Shown piece after piece: positions 8,287-17,205 of a stretch of DNA of 64,000 nt. Made by a program: the position numbers and the translations under genes. The stretch is from Rhodospirillales bacterium (GTDB lineage: Bacteria > Pseudomonadota > Alphaproteobacteria > Acetobacterales > Acetobacteraceae). The first letter of the stretch is position 1, and each line of letters opens with the position of its first letter. The notes under the pieces were generated by a model. It was not told the origin of the DNA, searched no databases, and saw only the letters and a program-made list of their open reading frames with translations. Location: NCBI GenBank assembly GCA_017304945.1, contig JAFKLG010000069.1, positions 61,936 to 125,935 on the forward strand, given 5' to 3'.

Positions 8287-9435
8287 TCAGACCACCTCGT
8301 TGGGGCGCAGGCGGCAAAGAGCAGCGTCGGCGTCGCTCTCGATCTGCAGGGTCGCGTGGCCGATGCCGAAGCGCTGACGCAGTTGGGTGGCGAGTTCGTG
8401 CGGTCGCCGGTCCTCCTGCTCTCCGGCGTAGACGAGATGCGCGGTCAGCGCGGTCTCGGTGGTGCTGAGGCCCCAGATGTGCAGGTCGTGCACCTCGACC
8501 ACGCCCGGCAGGTTTGCCAGCCAGGCCCGCACCGCCTCCTGCTCGACCTGCTGCGGCACGGCATCCATCGCGAGGTCGACCGATTCGCGTAGCAGCCCCC
8601 AGGTGCCCACGGCGATCGCAACCGCGATGCCGATGCTGGCGAGCGGATCGATCCAGGCGAGGCCGGTGAGCTGGATCACCAGCGCGGCGATCACCACGCC
8701 CAGGGAGATCAGCGCGTCGCCGCCCAGATGCAGGAACTGCGCCTTGATGTTCAGGTCCTTCTCCCGCCCGGCCATGAACAGCAGCGCGGTGCCGCCGTTC
8801 ACCAGGATGCCGAGTCCGGCGACGATCATCACGGTGACCTCGGCGACGGGCTGCGGGTCGAACAGGCGCTGCACCGCCTCGAGCGCGATGGCGCCGACGC
8901 CGACCAGCAGGATCGCCGCGTTCACCAGCGCCGCCAGGATCGAGCTGCGCCCCCAGCCATAGGTGCGGCGGCCGGCCGGCGGCCGGCGGCTGAGCCATGC
9001 CGCGCCCCAGCCCAGCAGCAGGGCGAGCACGTCGCCCAGATTGTGCACGGCATCGGCGACCAGCGCGACCGAGTTGGCGGCGATGCCGAACGCCACCTCG
9101 GCCAGCACGAAGGCAGTGTTCACCGCGGCGGCGATGGCGAAGGCGCGGTCGTTGCCCTCGGGCGGGAGGTGATGATGATGGTGATGGCCCCCCGCCCCAT
9201 GGCTGTGCCCGTGCCCCGTGTGGTCGTGCCCGGCGTGGTCGTGCCCCGTGTGGTCGTGCCCCGTGTGGTCGTGCCCCGCGTGATCGTCCGCTCCGTGGTC
9301 GTGGCCTGCATGATCGTGCCCGGCGTGATCGTCCGCGGGGCCGCCTTCCGGACCGAATCCGGAACGACGTGGGCTGGAGGGGCCTTGACTCGCGGGAAAA
9401 TTCACGGATTGGTGACCCGACTGCGGCGTGCTCAT
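8287..9435 (-). CDS. czcD: Cation diffusion facilitator (CzcD/ZitB-type divalent metal exporter) with a long His-rich N-terminal extension
   Basis: CDF core motifs HNLGDVLALLLGW and HLGGDALISLGVV, with C-terminal VHDLHIWGLSTTETALTAHL. The N-terminus has (HDHxG)n repeats and HHHHHH. Confidence 0.85.
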   Translation of the reverse strand: MSTPQSGHQSVNFPASQGPSSPRRSGFGPEGGPADDHAGHDHAGHDHGADDHAGHDHTGHDHTGHDHAGHDHTGHGHSHGAGGHHHHHHLPPEGNDRAFAIAAAVNTAFVLAEVAFGIAANSVALVADAVHNLGDVLALLLGWGAAWLSRRPPAGRRTYGWGRSSILAALVNAAILLVGVGAIALEAVQRLFDPQPVAEVTVMIVAGLGILVNGGTALLFMAGREKDLNIKAQFLHLGGDALISLGVVIAALVIQLTGLAWIDPLASIGIAVAIAVGTWGLLRESVDLAMDAVPQQVEQEAVRAWLANLPGVVEVHDLHIWGLSTTETALTAHLVYAGEQEDRRPHELATQLRQRFGIGHATLQIESDADAALCRLRPNEVV

Positions 9436-9569
9436 ACGCTCGGACTATGCCACAGCCTGGGACGCACGTCCCGTGACCCCTCACCGACAGGTGATGCTCA
9501 CGGGTTGCCGGGCAGCCCCATGTCTCGCCGACCGCCAACCCGAAGGGAAAGGGCCGCTCGCGGACGATC

Positions 9570-10151
9570 ATGTTTGGTGCTTCGATCGCCTCGCTCCTGC
9601 TCTGGGCCGGCACGTCCCCCTTCCTCCAGGCTGCTGCAATCGTTCTCGGCACGTTCATCCTGGAAGACGCGGCGACGGTCGGCGCGGCAATGCAGGCCCA
9701 GGCCGGCGGCATCCCAATCCCGCTTGCCCTCGGCTCGCTGTATGTCGGGATCGTGCTGGGCGATCTCGGCCTGTACGGTCTCGGCCGCGCGGCGGCGCAC
9801 GTGCCCTGGATCGCGCGGCGGCTGCCGCCGCAGCGGCATGAGGCGGTGCGTGCCTGGCTGGAGGGCCGGGTGTTCCGCGTCGTGCTGGTCAGCCGCTTCC
9901 TGCCCGGCCTGCGCCTGCCGACCTACACCACCTGCGGCTTCGTCGGGGCCAATTTCCGGCAGTTCGCGCTGGGCGCGATCATCGCGACCTCGGCCTGGAC
10001 GACGCTGCTGTTCGCCGTCTCCCTGCATGTCGGACAATTCCTGATGGATCACCTGGGCGCCTGGCGCTGGGCCGGCGCTGCCGGCTTCGCCATCTTCATC
10101 ATCGTGGCCGGGCGTGCCGCGGCGGCCCGCCTGCAGGCGGCGCGGCGATGA
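9570..10151 (+). CDS. DedA/VTT (SNARE-associated) family membrane protein
   Basis: 193 aa and polytopic. Contains FILEDAATVGAA and SRFLPGLRLPTYTTCG, typical of VTT-domain proteins. The stop overlaps the next ATG (ATGA). Confidence 0.7.
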   Translation: MFGASIASLLLWAGTSPFLQAAAIVLGTFILEDAATVGAAMQAQAGGIPIPLALGSLYVGIVLGDLGLYGLGRAAAHVPWIARRLPPQRHEAVRAWLEGRVFRVVLVSRFLPGLRLPTYTTCGFVGANFRQFALGAIIATSAWTTLLFAVSLHVGQFLMDHLGAWRWAGAAGFAIFIIVAGRAAAARLQAARR

Positions 10152-11248
10152 AGCTGGACACCGCGCTCCGCTTCGCCCGCGACACCGCGCGTGGCGAGAG
10201 CCCGCTCTCCTATTTCGAGTTCTGGCCCGATTGGCTGTTCTACACGCCGGTGGTCGCGCACTGGATCGGCCTCGGCCTGTGGTACGGCGACATGAGCCTG
10301 CCGACCGCGGCCAATCCCCGCATTCCCACCGGCGGTCTGTGCGGCGAATCGAAGCTCGACATCCTCGACCAGGTGAGCCCCGAGGCACGCGACCTGATCG
10401 CGCCCAGCACCGGGATCGTGACGCATGCGTGGAGCGGCGATGCCGACGTTGCGGCGGCCGAGGCGGCGATGGCGAAAGCCGGCCTGGCCTGGCCCGTGGT
10501 GGTGAAGCCGGATATCGGCTGCAACGGCACCGGCGTGCGGCTGCTGCAGAACGCGGGCGACCTGCGCCGCTACGTCAACGCCTTCCCGCGCAACACGCGG
10601 CTGGTGCTGCAGAAATTCGTGCCCGCCCCGCTCGAGGCCGGCCTGTTCTACGTGCGTCTGCCGGGCGAGGCGCAGGGGCGCGTGACCTCGATCACCCTGA
10701 AGCATGCGCCGTCGGTCATCGGGGACGGGCGATCGACCCTGCACCAGCTCATCCTCGCCGATGCGCGCGCGGGCAAGGTGGCGCATCTGTATCTCGAGCG
10801 GTTGCGCCACCGGCTGCACGAAGTGCCGCCGCAGGGCGAGACGGTGCGGCTCGTGTTCGTGGGCAACCACTGCAAGGGCTCGATCTTCGAGGACGGGCGG
10901 CACCTGGCGACGCCGAGCCTCACCGAGGCGGTCGAGCGGCTGGCCCGCGCGATTCCCGACTTCCATTTCGGCCGCATCGACGTGCGCTTCGACTCGGTCC
11001 CGTCGCTGGTCCTTGGTGACTTCACCGTGATCGAGATCAACGGCACCGGCTCCGAGGCGACGCATATCTGGGACCGGCGCACCACGCTGCGGGAGGCCTG
11101 GCGCGCGCAATTCTTCCACTACGGGGCTGCATTCCGCATCGGGGCCGCGAATCGCGCGCGGGGCGCCCGGCCCTCCGGCCTGCGGGCGATGTGGCGGCAT
11201 TGGCGGCTGCAGAAGCGCCTGATGGCGGCGTATCCGCTGAACGACTGA
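10148..11248 (+). CDS. Membrane-anchored ATP-grasp (D-Ala-D-Ala ligase-like carboxylate-amine ligase) protein of unknown substrate
   Basis: N-terminal hydrophobic segment WPDWLFYTPVVAHWIGLGLWY. ATP-grasp elements are WPVVVKPDIGCNGTGVRLL, VLQKFV and FGRIDVRF...VIEINGTGSEATHIWD. There is a 4-nt overlap with the DedA gene. Confidence 0.7.
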   Translation: MKLDTALRFARDTARGESPLSYFEFWPDWLFYTPVVAHWIGLGLWYGDMSLPTAANPRIPTGGLCGESKLDILDQVSPEARDLIAPSTGIVTHAWSGDADVAAAEAAMAKAGLAWPVVVKPDIGCNGTGVRLLQNAGDLRRYVNAFPRNTRLVLQKFVPAPLEAGLFYVRLPGEAQGRVTSITLKHAPSVIGDGRSTLHQLILADARAGKVAHLYLERLRHRLHEVPPQGETVRLVFVGNHCKGSIFEDGRHLATPSLTEAVERLARAIPDFHFGRIDVRFDSVPSLVLGDFTVIEINGTGSEATHIWDRRTTLREAWRAQFFHYGAAFRIGAANRARGARPSGLRAMWRHWRLQKRLMAAYPLND

Positions 11249-11362
11249 GCTCGGTGGGCTTGGTCGCGCTGCTGTGCACCGGTATGACGCGGTTACGAGT
11301 TGCGGAATCGGGCGCCGTCGCACAGGAACCCGGCTTCGCACAGCGTCCCACAGGAACCCGGC

Positions 11363-12199
11363 ATGGACGTCATCCACTCGATCCTGATCGCCATCCTGCA
11401 GGGGGCGACAGAACTCTTCCCTGTGAGCAGCCTGGGGCACGCCGTGATCCTGCCCGCCGTGCTGGGCTGGGGCATCGACCAGCGCTCGCACGAGTTCCTG
11501 CCCTTCCTGGTGATGCTGCATCTCGGCACCGCCGCCGCCCTCCTTCTGTTCTTCTGGCGCGACTGGTGGGCGCTGGGCACCGGCGTGCTGGGCATCGGCG
11601 ACTCGCACCAGGTGAGGGAGAGCCGGCGCGTCTTCATGCTGATCGTACTGGCGACGATCCCCGCCGTGGTGGTGGGCTTCGCGCTGGAGAAGTTCGTGCG
11701 CGGCCTGTTCGGCTCCCCGTTCGTCGCCGCGATCTTCCTGATCGTGAACGGCGCGCTGCTGCTGTTCGGCGAGCAATTGCGCGCACGTGGCGGGCATCGG
11801 AAGCTGTCCAGCCTGACGGTGAAGGACGCGCTGCTGATCGGCTGCTGGCAGTGCACCGCGCTGATCCCCGGCATCTCACGCTCCGGCGCGACGATCGTGG
11901 GCGGGCTGCTGCGCGGCATCGACCATGAAGGGTCGGCGCATTTCTCCTTCCTGATCGCGACGCCGATCATCCTGGGCGCGACGGTGCTGGAAGTGCCGAA
12001 GCTGCTGCATGAGAGCGTGACGCCCGGGGTGTTCCAGATGTCGCTGCTGGCGGCCGTGGTCGCGGGGGTGACCGCCTATGCCAGCACGGTGTTCCTGATG
12101 CGCTACTTCCGCAGCCACGATTCCTGGGCGCTGAACCCGTTCGCCTATTACTGCGGCGTGGTCGGGCTCGCGAGCATCGCGGTGCTGACGCTGCGCTGA
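11363..12199 (+). CDS. uppP: Undecaprenyl-diphosphate phosphatase (BacA/UppP)
   Basis: BacA motifs ELFPVSSLGH and PGISRSGATI. ATG at 11363 (MDVIHSILIA). Confidence 0.9.
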   Translation: MDVIHSILIAILQGATELFPVSSLGHAVILPAVLGWGIDQRSHEFLPFLVMLHLGTAAALLLFFWRDWWALGTGVLGIGDSHQVRESRRVFMLIVLATIPAVVVGFALEKFVRGLFGSPFVAAIFLIVNGALLLFGEQLRARGGHRKLSSLTVKDALLIGCWQCTALIPGISRSGATIVGGLLRGIDHEGSAHFSFLIATPIILGATVLEVPKLLHESVTPGVFQMSLLAAVVAGVTAYASTVFLMRYFRSHDSWALNPFAYYCGVVGLASIAVLTLR

Positions 12200-12227
12200 G
12201 AGGAGCGCGCGGCGGCGTCCGTTCGTC

Positions 12228-13745
12228 CTACCGCTGCGCCGCCCCCTCCGTCCCGTTCGACGGCGGCAGTGCGCCGACGGGCAGCGCGACGGCGGCCGGC
12301 GCGACGGCGGCTGGGGCGGCCGAGAGTTCCGCCTTCGCCTCCCCGGGCGTATCGCGATGGCCGGAGAGTTCGGCGCCGGCGCTCGGATCGAGCCGCGAGG
12401 CCAGCAGCGGCGCCATCATCGAGACCGCCGCCACGAACAGGAAGGCCGCGGAGAAGTCGCCAAGATGCGGTTCCGCATGCCCGGTCAGCGCGACGGAGCC
12501 GGCGAGCGCCGCGGCGGAGAGCGCGATGCCGAGCGTGAGCGACATCTGCTGGAACGTGGTGTAGAAGCTGGTGGCGGCACTCATGTCCGAACGCGGCACG
12601 TCGGCGTAGGCGATCGTGTTGTACGCCATGAACTGCAGCGACTGGAAAAACCCGTTCGCCAGCAGCACGACGTAGATCGCCCAGAGCGGCCAGGCCGGAC
12701 GGAACGCCGCGCTGGTGGCCAGCAACACGGTCGCGAGCGCGCCGATCCACATCAGCACGGGGCGGAAGCCGAGCCGGCGCAGGAACCAGGGAGCGCAGAC
12801 GCGCATGGCGAGGGAGCCGATCGAGCTCACGAAGGTGACGGAACCGCTCTGCACCGCCGACATGCCGAAGCCGAGTTGCAGCATCATCGGCAGCAGGAAC
12901 GGCATGGCGCCGACCGCGATGCGCGACAGCGTGCCGCAATAGACCGACAGCCGGAAGGTCTGGATCCGCATCAGCGCGAAGTCGAGCATCGGGCGCGTGT
13001 GTCGCTTGGCGTGGTGCCAGTATGCGATCGCGGCGGTGCCGCCGATCCCGATCAGGAGCGCGACGATCCACCAGGCACCGACGCCGCGGCTCGCGATCTC
13101 GATCCCGAACATCAGGCAGGCGAGCGCGGTGCCGGACAGCACGAGGCCCACGAGGTCGAAGGGCTGTCGGCGCGTCTCCTTCATCTCGTCGATGAAGACC
13201 GTGACCAGGATGATGCCCAGGATGCCGATCGGCACGTTGATGTAGAAGATCCAGTGCCAGGACAGATAGGTGACGATGAAACCACCGAGCGGCGGGCCGA
13301 CGATGGGGCCGATCGTGGCGGGGACCATCAGCCAGGCCATCGAGCGGACCAGCTCGCTCTTGGACACGACGCGCAGCATCACCAGCCGGCCGACCGGCGA
13401 CATCATCGCCCCGCCCGCGCCTTGCAGCATGCGGGCCGCGACGAGGGTCCAGAGCGTCGGCGCCTGGGCGCAGGCGATCGAGCCCAGGGTGAACAGGCCG
13501 ATCGCGAAGCGGAAGGTGGTGCGGGAGCCGAAGCGGTCGGCGATGCGGCCGCTCGCCGGGATGAACATCGCGAGCGTCAGCAGGTAGGACGTCAGCGCCA
13601 CGTTCATGTGCAGCGGGTCGGCGCCGAAGCTGCGGGCCATGGTGGGCAGCGCGGTCGCGAGGACCGTGCCGTCGAGCTGCTCCATGAACATCGCCGAGGC
13701 GACGATCAGCAGCACGGTGCGGGGATTGGTGCGCCGCTCAGCCAT
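12228..13745 (-). CDS. MFS transporter, DHA2 (14-TMS, EmrB/QacA-like) drug:H+ antiporter family
   Basis: 505 aa with MFS motif A (SGRIADRFGSR) and hydrophobic periodicity consistent with 14 helices. No adjacent MFP or OMF. Confidence 0.8.
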   Translation of the reverse strand: MAERRTNPRTVLLIVASAMFMEQLDGTVLATALPTMARSFGADPLHMNVALTSYLLTLAMFIPASGRIADRFGSRTTFRFAIGLFTLGSIACAQAPTLWTLVAARMLQGAGGAMMSPVGRLVMLRVVSKSELVRSMAWLMVPATIGPIVGPPLGGFIVTYLSWHWIFYINVPIGILGIILVTVFIDEMKETRRQPFDLVGLVLSGTALACLMFGIEIASRGVGAWWIVALLIGIGGTAAIAYWHHAKRHTRPMLDFALMRIQTFRLSVYCGTLSRIAVGAMPFLLPMMLQLGFGMSAVQSGSVTFVSSIGSLAMRVCAPWFLRRLGFRPVLMWIGALATVLLATSAAFRPAWPLWAIYVVLLANGFFQSLQFMAYNTIAYADVPRSDMSAATSFYTTFQQMSLTLGIALSAAALAGSVALTGHAEPHLGDFSAAFLFVAAVSMMAPLLASRLDPSAGAELSGHRDTPGEAKAELSAAPAAVAPAAVALPVGALPPSNGTEGAAQR

Positions 13746-13863
13746 GGATCATGCGTGCACCTGCCATGTCGAGGGTCCCACCCGTCGTCGTCCACCGATC
13801 GCAAAAGCCTAGAGACGGCGCGCCGCATTGCCAACCCGGGATACGACGGCGAAGCTGCACGGA

Positions 13864-15072
13864 ATGGAGATGGAGGGACACGTGCAGAAGGCCTCCGGCC
13901 CGCTCGCCGGCATTCGCGTGATCGACGTGACGACCGTGGTTCTCGGACCGTTCGCGGCGCAGGTGCTGGGCGACATGGGCGCCGACGTGATCAAGGTGGA
14001 AACGACGGAGGGCGATGCGACGCGTTCCATCGGCCCGTCGCGCACGCCCGGGATGGGCAGCTACTTCGCGGCGCTGAACCGCAACAAGCGCAGCCTGGCG
14101 CTGGATCTGAAGCGGCCGGACGCGCGCGAGGCGTTGCTGCGCCTGGTCGAGGGCGCCGACGTGTTCGTGCACAACATGCGGGCCGGGGCGGCGCAGCGGC
14201 TGGGGCTCGACTACGCGAGCCTGGCCGCGCGCAATCCACGGCTGATCTATGCGTCGGCGAGCGGGTTCCGCAAAGGCAGCTCGCTGCAGGAGTTCCCGGC
14301 CTATGACGACCTGATCCAGGGCGTGTCGGGGGTCGCGTCGCTGAATGCCGGGCCGGATGGCGCGCCGCGCTACTTCCCGACGGTGGTGGTGGACAAGCTG
14401 ACCGGCACGGTGCTGGCGTCGATGATCGGGATGGCGCTGTTCCATCGCGAGCGGACCGGCGAAGGGCAGGAGCTGAACGTCCCGATGATGGAGACGATCC
14501 TGTCCTTCATGCTGGTCGAGCATCTCTGGGCGGGCACGCTGGGCGAGCCGGAGAAGGGCCTGGGCTACCCGCGGATGCTGACGCCGCATCGTCGCCCCTA
14601 CCAGACGAAGGACGGCTATATCAGCGTGATCGCGGTGAGCGACACGCAATGGCGCAAGCTGTTCGAGGCGATGGGGGTCGGGCACCTGATCGAGGATCCG
14701 CGGTTCCGCTCCCTGACCGCGCGGGCGGAGAACGTGGACGCGCTGTATGCGACGCTGACCGAGGGGATGCGCCAGCGCACCACCGCCGAGTGGATCGCGG
14801 AGCTGCGGCCGGCCGACATTCCGTGCGGATCGGCGAACCGGCTCGAGGATCTGTTCGACGATGCGTATCTTGAGGAGACCGGGTTCTTCCAGCGGATGGA
14901 GCATCCGGTCGAGGGCGAGGTCGTGGTGCCGGCGGCACCGGCCTGGTTCTCGCGCAGCCCGGCCTCCGTGCGGCGGCTGTGGCCGCGGCATGGGGAGCAC
15001 ACGCGGGAGATCCTGCGCGAGGCGGGCTACGACGACGCGGCGATCGACGCGATGACGGAGAAGCGGACATGA
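13864..15072 (+). CDS. Family III CoA-transferase (CaiB/BaiF/Frc family)
   Basis: Family signature GPLAGIRVIDVTTVVLGPFAAQVLGDMGADVIKVE. The start is ambiguous: ATG at 13864/13870, or GTG at 13882 preceded by GGAGGG. Confidence 0.85.
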   Translation: MEMEGHVQKASGPLAGIRVIDVTTVVLGPFAAQVLGDMGADVIKVETTEGDATRSIGPSRTPGMGSYFAALNRNKRSLALDLKRPDAREALLRLVEGADVFVHNMRAGAAQRLGLDYASLAARNPRLIYASASGFRKGSSLQEFPAYDDLIQGVSGVASLNAGPDGAPRYFPTVVVDKLTGTVLASMIGMALFHRERTGEGQELNVPMMETILSFMLVEHLWAGTLGEPEKGLGYPRMLTPHRRPYQTKDGYISVIAVSDTQWRKLFEAMGVGHLIEDPRFRSLTARAENVDALYATLTEGMRQRTTAEWIAELRPADIPCGSANRLEDLFDDAYLEETGFFQRMEHPVEGEVVVPAAPAWFSRSPASVRRLWPRHGEHTREILREAGYDDAAIDAMTEKRT

Positions 15073-15479
15073 GCGAGGCCTGGGCCGACCGGGAGGCGAT
15101 CCGCGAGCTGCTCGCGGTCTACTGCTTCCACCTGGATGCCGAACGGTTCGAGGAGATGGCGGCGCTGTTCACCGAGGATGGCGTGTGGGAGACCGCGTTC
15201 GGCACCGGCCACGGGCGCGCGGGCATCGTCGCGCAGGCGCGCAGCATCGCCGGTTCGGAAGTTCGGCCGCGGCGCGTGCACCAGACGACCAACATCGTGA
15301 TCGCGCTGGAGGGCGACCGCGCCGAGGTGCGGTCCAACTGGACTCTGGTGCAGAACACGCCCGAGGGTCCGGCGATCGGATCGGGCGGCGCGTATTTCGA
15401 CGTGGTGGTGCGACGCGGCGGCGGCTGGCTGTTCCAGCACCGCCGCATCGACCGCTTCCTGGCGCCGGGGAAGATGTAG
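15069..15479 (+). CDS. NTF2/SnoaL-like fold protein
   Basis: 136 aa. ATG at 15069 overlaps the upstream stop (ATGA). Sequence pattern REAIRELLAVYCFHLDAERFEEMAALFTEDGVWE is typical of SnoaL_4/NTF2-like proteins. Confidence 0.65.
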   Translation: MSEAWADREAIRELLAVYCFHLDAERFEEMAALFTEDGVWETAFGTGHGRAGIVAQARSIAGSEVRPRRVHQTTNIVIALEGDRAEVRSNWTLVQNTPEGPAIGSGGAYFDVVVRRGGGWLFQHRRIDRFLAPGKM

Positions 15480-15506
15480 CGGCGCGCGGGAAAGCGGAGC
15501 GGCGCG

Positions 15507-17048
15507 CTACACCAGGAGCTCGATCAGGAACGGGCCGGGGCGCTTCAGCGAATGCGCGAGGAGGTCGGCGAAGCCTTCCGCGGTATCGGCGGTGGCGCCC
15601 TCCACGCCCATGGACGCGGACAGTTTCGGCCAGTCGATATCCGGGTTGCCGATATCCATCATGTCGAGCGCCGTGCGGCCCGGATTGGCGCCCACGTTGG
15701 CGAGCTCGCCGAGCAGGATCTGGTATTTGCGGTTCGAGAAGATGACGGTGGTGACGTCGAGTTTCTCGCGTGCCTGGGTCCACAGCGCCTGCACGGTGTA
15801 CATCGCCGAGCCATCGGCCTGCAGGTTGATCACGCGCCGGCCGGGGGCACCGATCGCGGCGCCGGTCGCCATCGGGGGGCCGCCGCCGATGGCGCCGCCC
15901 AGCACGTTCAGCCAGTCATGCGGCGCGGCGCTGCGGGTGAGTGGGAAGAAGCCGCGGCCGTAGGTGACCGACTCGTCGGCGATCACCGCGCCTTCCGGCA
16001 TCAGCGCGCCGACGGTGGCGGCGACGCTCTCCGGCGTCAGCTTGCCGCGGCCGACTTCCGGCGCCGGGCCGTAATCGGGCGCAGCGGCGTCGGGCACGCC
16101 CAGCGCGTCGGCGAGACGGGCGAGGGCTTCGACCGGGTCCTGCTCGACGCGGGCGAGGATGTGCAGCTCCGCGCCCTCGGGCACCGAGGTGTGTGGCTTG
16201 TTGGGATAGGCGAAGAAGGTGACCGGCTTCTTGGCGCCGGCGAGGATGAGCTGCTGCGTGCCGGCGAGCGCCTTCACCGCGGTGTCGACCACGTAGGGCA
16301 CACGATCCACGGCGACGCGCCCGCGGCCGCGGGCGACACGGGCGTTGGAGCCTTCGGCCATGAGGCGGCAGCCGGTCGCGGCGCTGATGCGGTGGGCGAG
16401 CGCGAGGCCGGCCTCGCCGAGGGCCTTGCCGCCCAGCAGCAGGAGGATGCCCTCGCCGCCACGGCGCAGCACGGCGGCGGCCTCGTCGATCTGGTTCGGC
16501 GCGGCGAGCGGCGCGGGCACGCGCGGCAGCGGCTTGGCGACGATGCCGCCGGGATTCCAGGAGGTGTCGGACGGCAGGATCAGCGTCGCGATCTGGCCGG
16601 GCGACGTCATCGCGGCCTGCACCGCGCCGGCGGCGTCCGCGCCCACGGTCTTCACGTCCATGGCGGTGCGCACCCAGCCGGAGACGCCGCGGGCCCAGCC
16701 CTCGGTGTCGGCGGTGAGCGGGGCGTCGAGCGGGCGGTGGTAGGTGGCGTGGTCGCCGACGATGTTGACGATCGGGGTGTTGGCGCGGCGCGCGTTGTGC
16801 AGGTTGGCGAGGCCGTTGGCGAGGCCCGGGCCGCAATGCAGCAGGGTCGCGGCGGGCTTGCCGGCCATGCGGGCATAGCCGTCGGCGGCGCCGGTGACCA
16901 CGCCCTCGAACAGGCCGAGGACGCAGCGCATGCCGGGGATGCGGTCCAGCGCGGCGACAAAGTGCATCTCGGACGTGCCGGGGTTGGAGAAACACGTGTC
17001 GACGCCGCTCTCGAGCAGCGTGTGGACCAGACTTTCGGCGCCGTTCAT
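15507..17048 (-). CDS. Thiamine-diphosphate-dependent enzyme (acetolactate synthase large subunit-like, COG0028 family)
   Basis: N-terminus GAESLVHTLLESGVDTCFSNPGTSEMHF. The C-terminal ThDP motif is GGAIGGGPPMATGAAIGAPGRRVINLQADGSAMY. ATG at 17048 verified; the 5' extension of the listed ORF is a translated G-rich repeat. Confidence 0.85.
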   Translation of the reverse strand: MNGAESLVHTLLESGVDTCFSNPGTSEMHFVAALDRIPGMRCVLGLFEGVVTGAADGYARMAGKPAATLLHCGPGLANGLANLHNARRANTPIVNIVGDHATYHRPLDAPLTADTEGWARGVSGWVRTAMDVKTVGADAAGAVQAAMTSPGQIATLILPSDTSWNPGGIVAKPLPRVPAPLAAPNQIDEAAAVLRRGGEGILLLLGGKALGEAGLALAHRISAATGCRLMAEGSNARVARGRGRVAVDRVPYVVDTAVKALAGTQQLILAGAKKPVTFFAYPNKPHTSVPEGAELHILARVEQDPVEALARLADALGVPDAAAPDYGPAPEVGRGKLTPESVAATVGALMPEGAVIADESVTYGRGFFPLTRSAAPHDWLNVLGGAIGGGPPMATGAAIGAPGRRVINLQADGSAMYTVQALWTQAREKLDVTTVIFSNRKYQILLGELANVGANPGRTALDMMDIGNPDIDWPKLSASMGVEGATADTAEGFADLLAHSLKRPGPFLIELLV

Positions 17049-17205
17049 GCAGCGGTCTCCCCTCGCGATTTCGCCAGGGCTATCGCGATTCCGGGAGATT
17101 GGCCAGGGACGGGAGGGAGGTTCGAAGGGGGCTGTGCTGGGTGGGCTCGATTGGGAGGGGTTGGGTGACTGGCGTGGGGCGCGCGGGGGTCGGCGGGAGC
17201 TGGGT

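Noticed and set aside
8010-8377. 81-aa (minus) and 111-aa (plus) ORFs in the gltX-czcD spacer
   Set aside because: They have no RBS and atypical composition, and they run across the intrinsic terminator and the FNR box. The region is better explained as a non-coding RNA locus.
9169-9333. 15-bp tandem repeats as a non-coding VNTR or CRISPR-like array
   Set aside because: The repeats are in frame within the CDF exporter ORF and encode the HDHxG His-rich extension.
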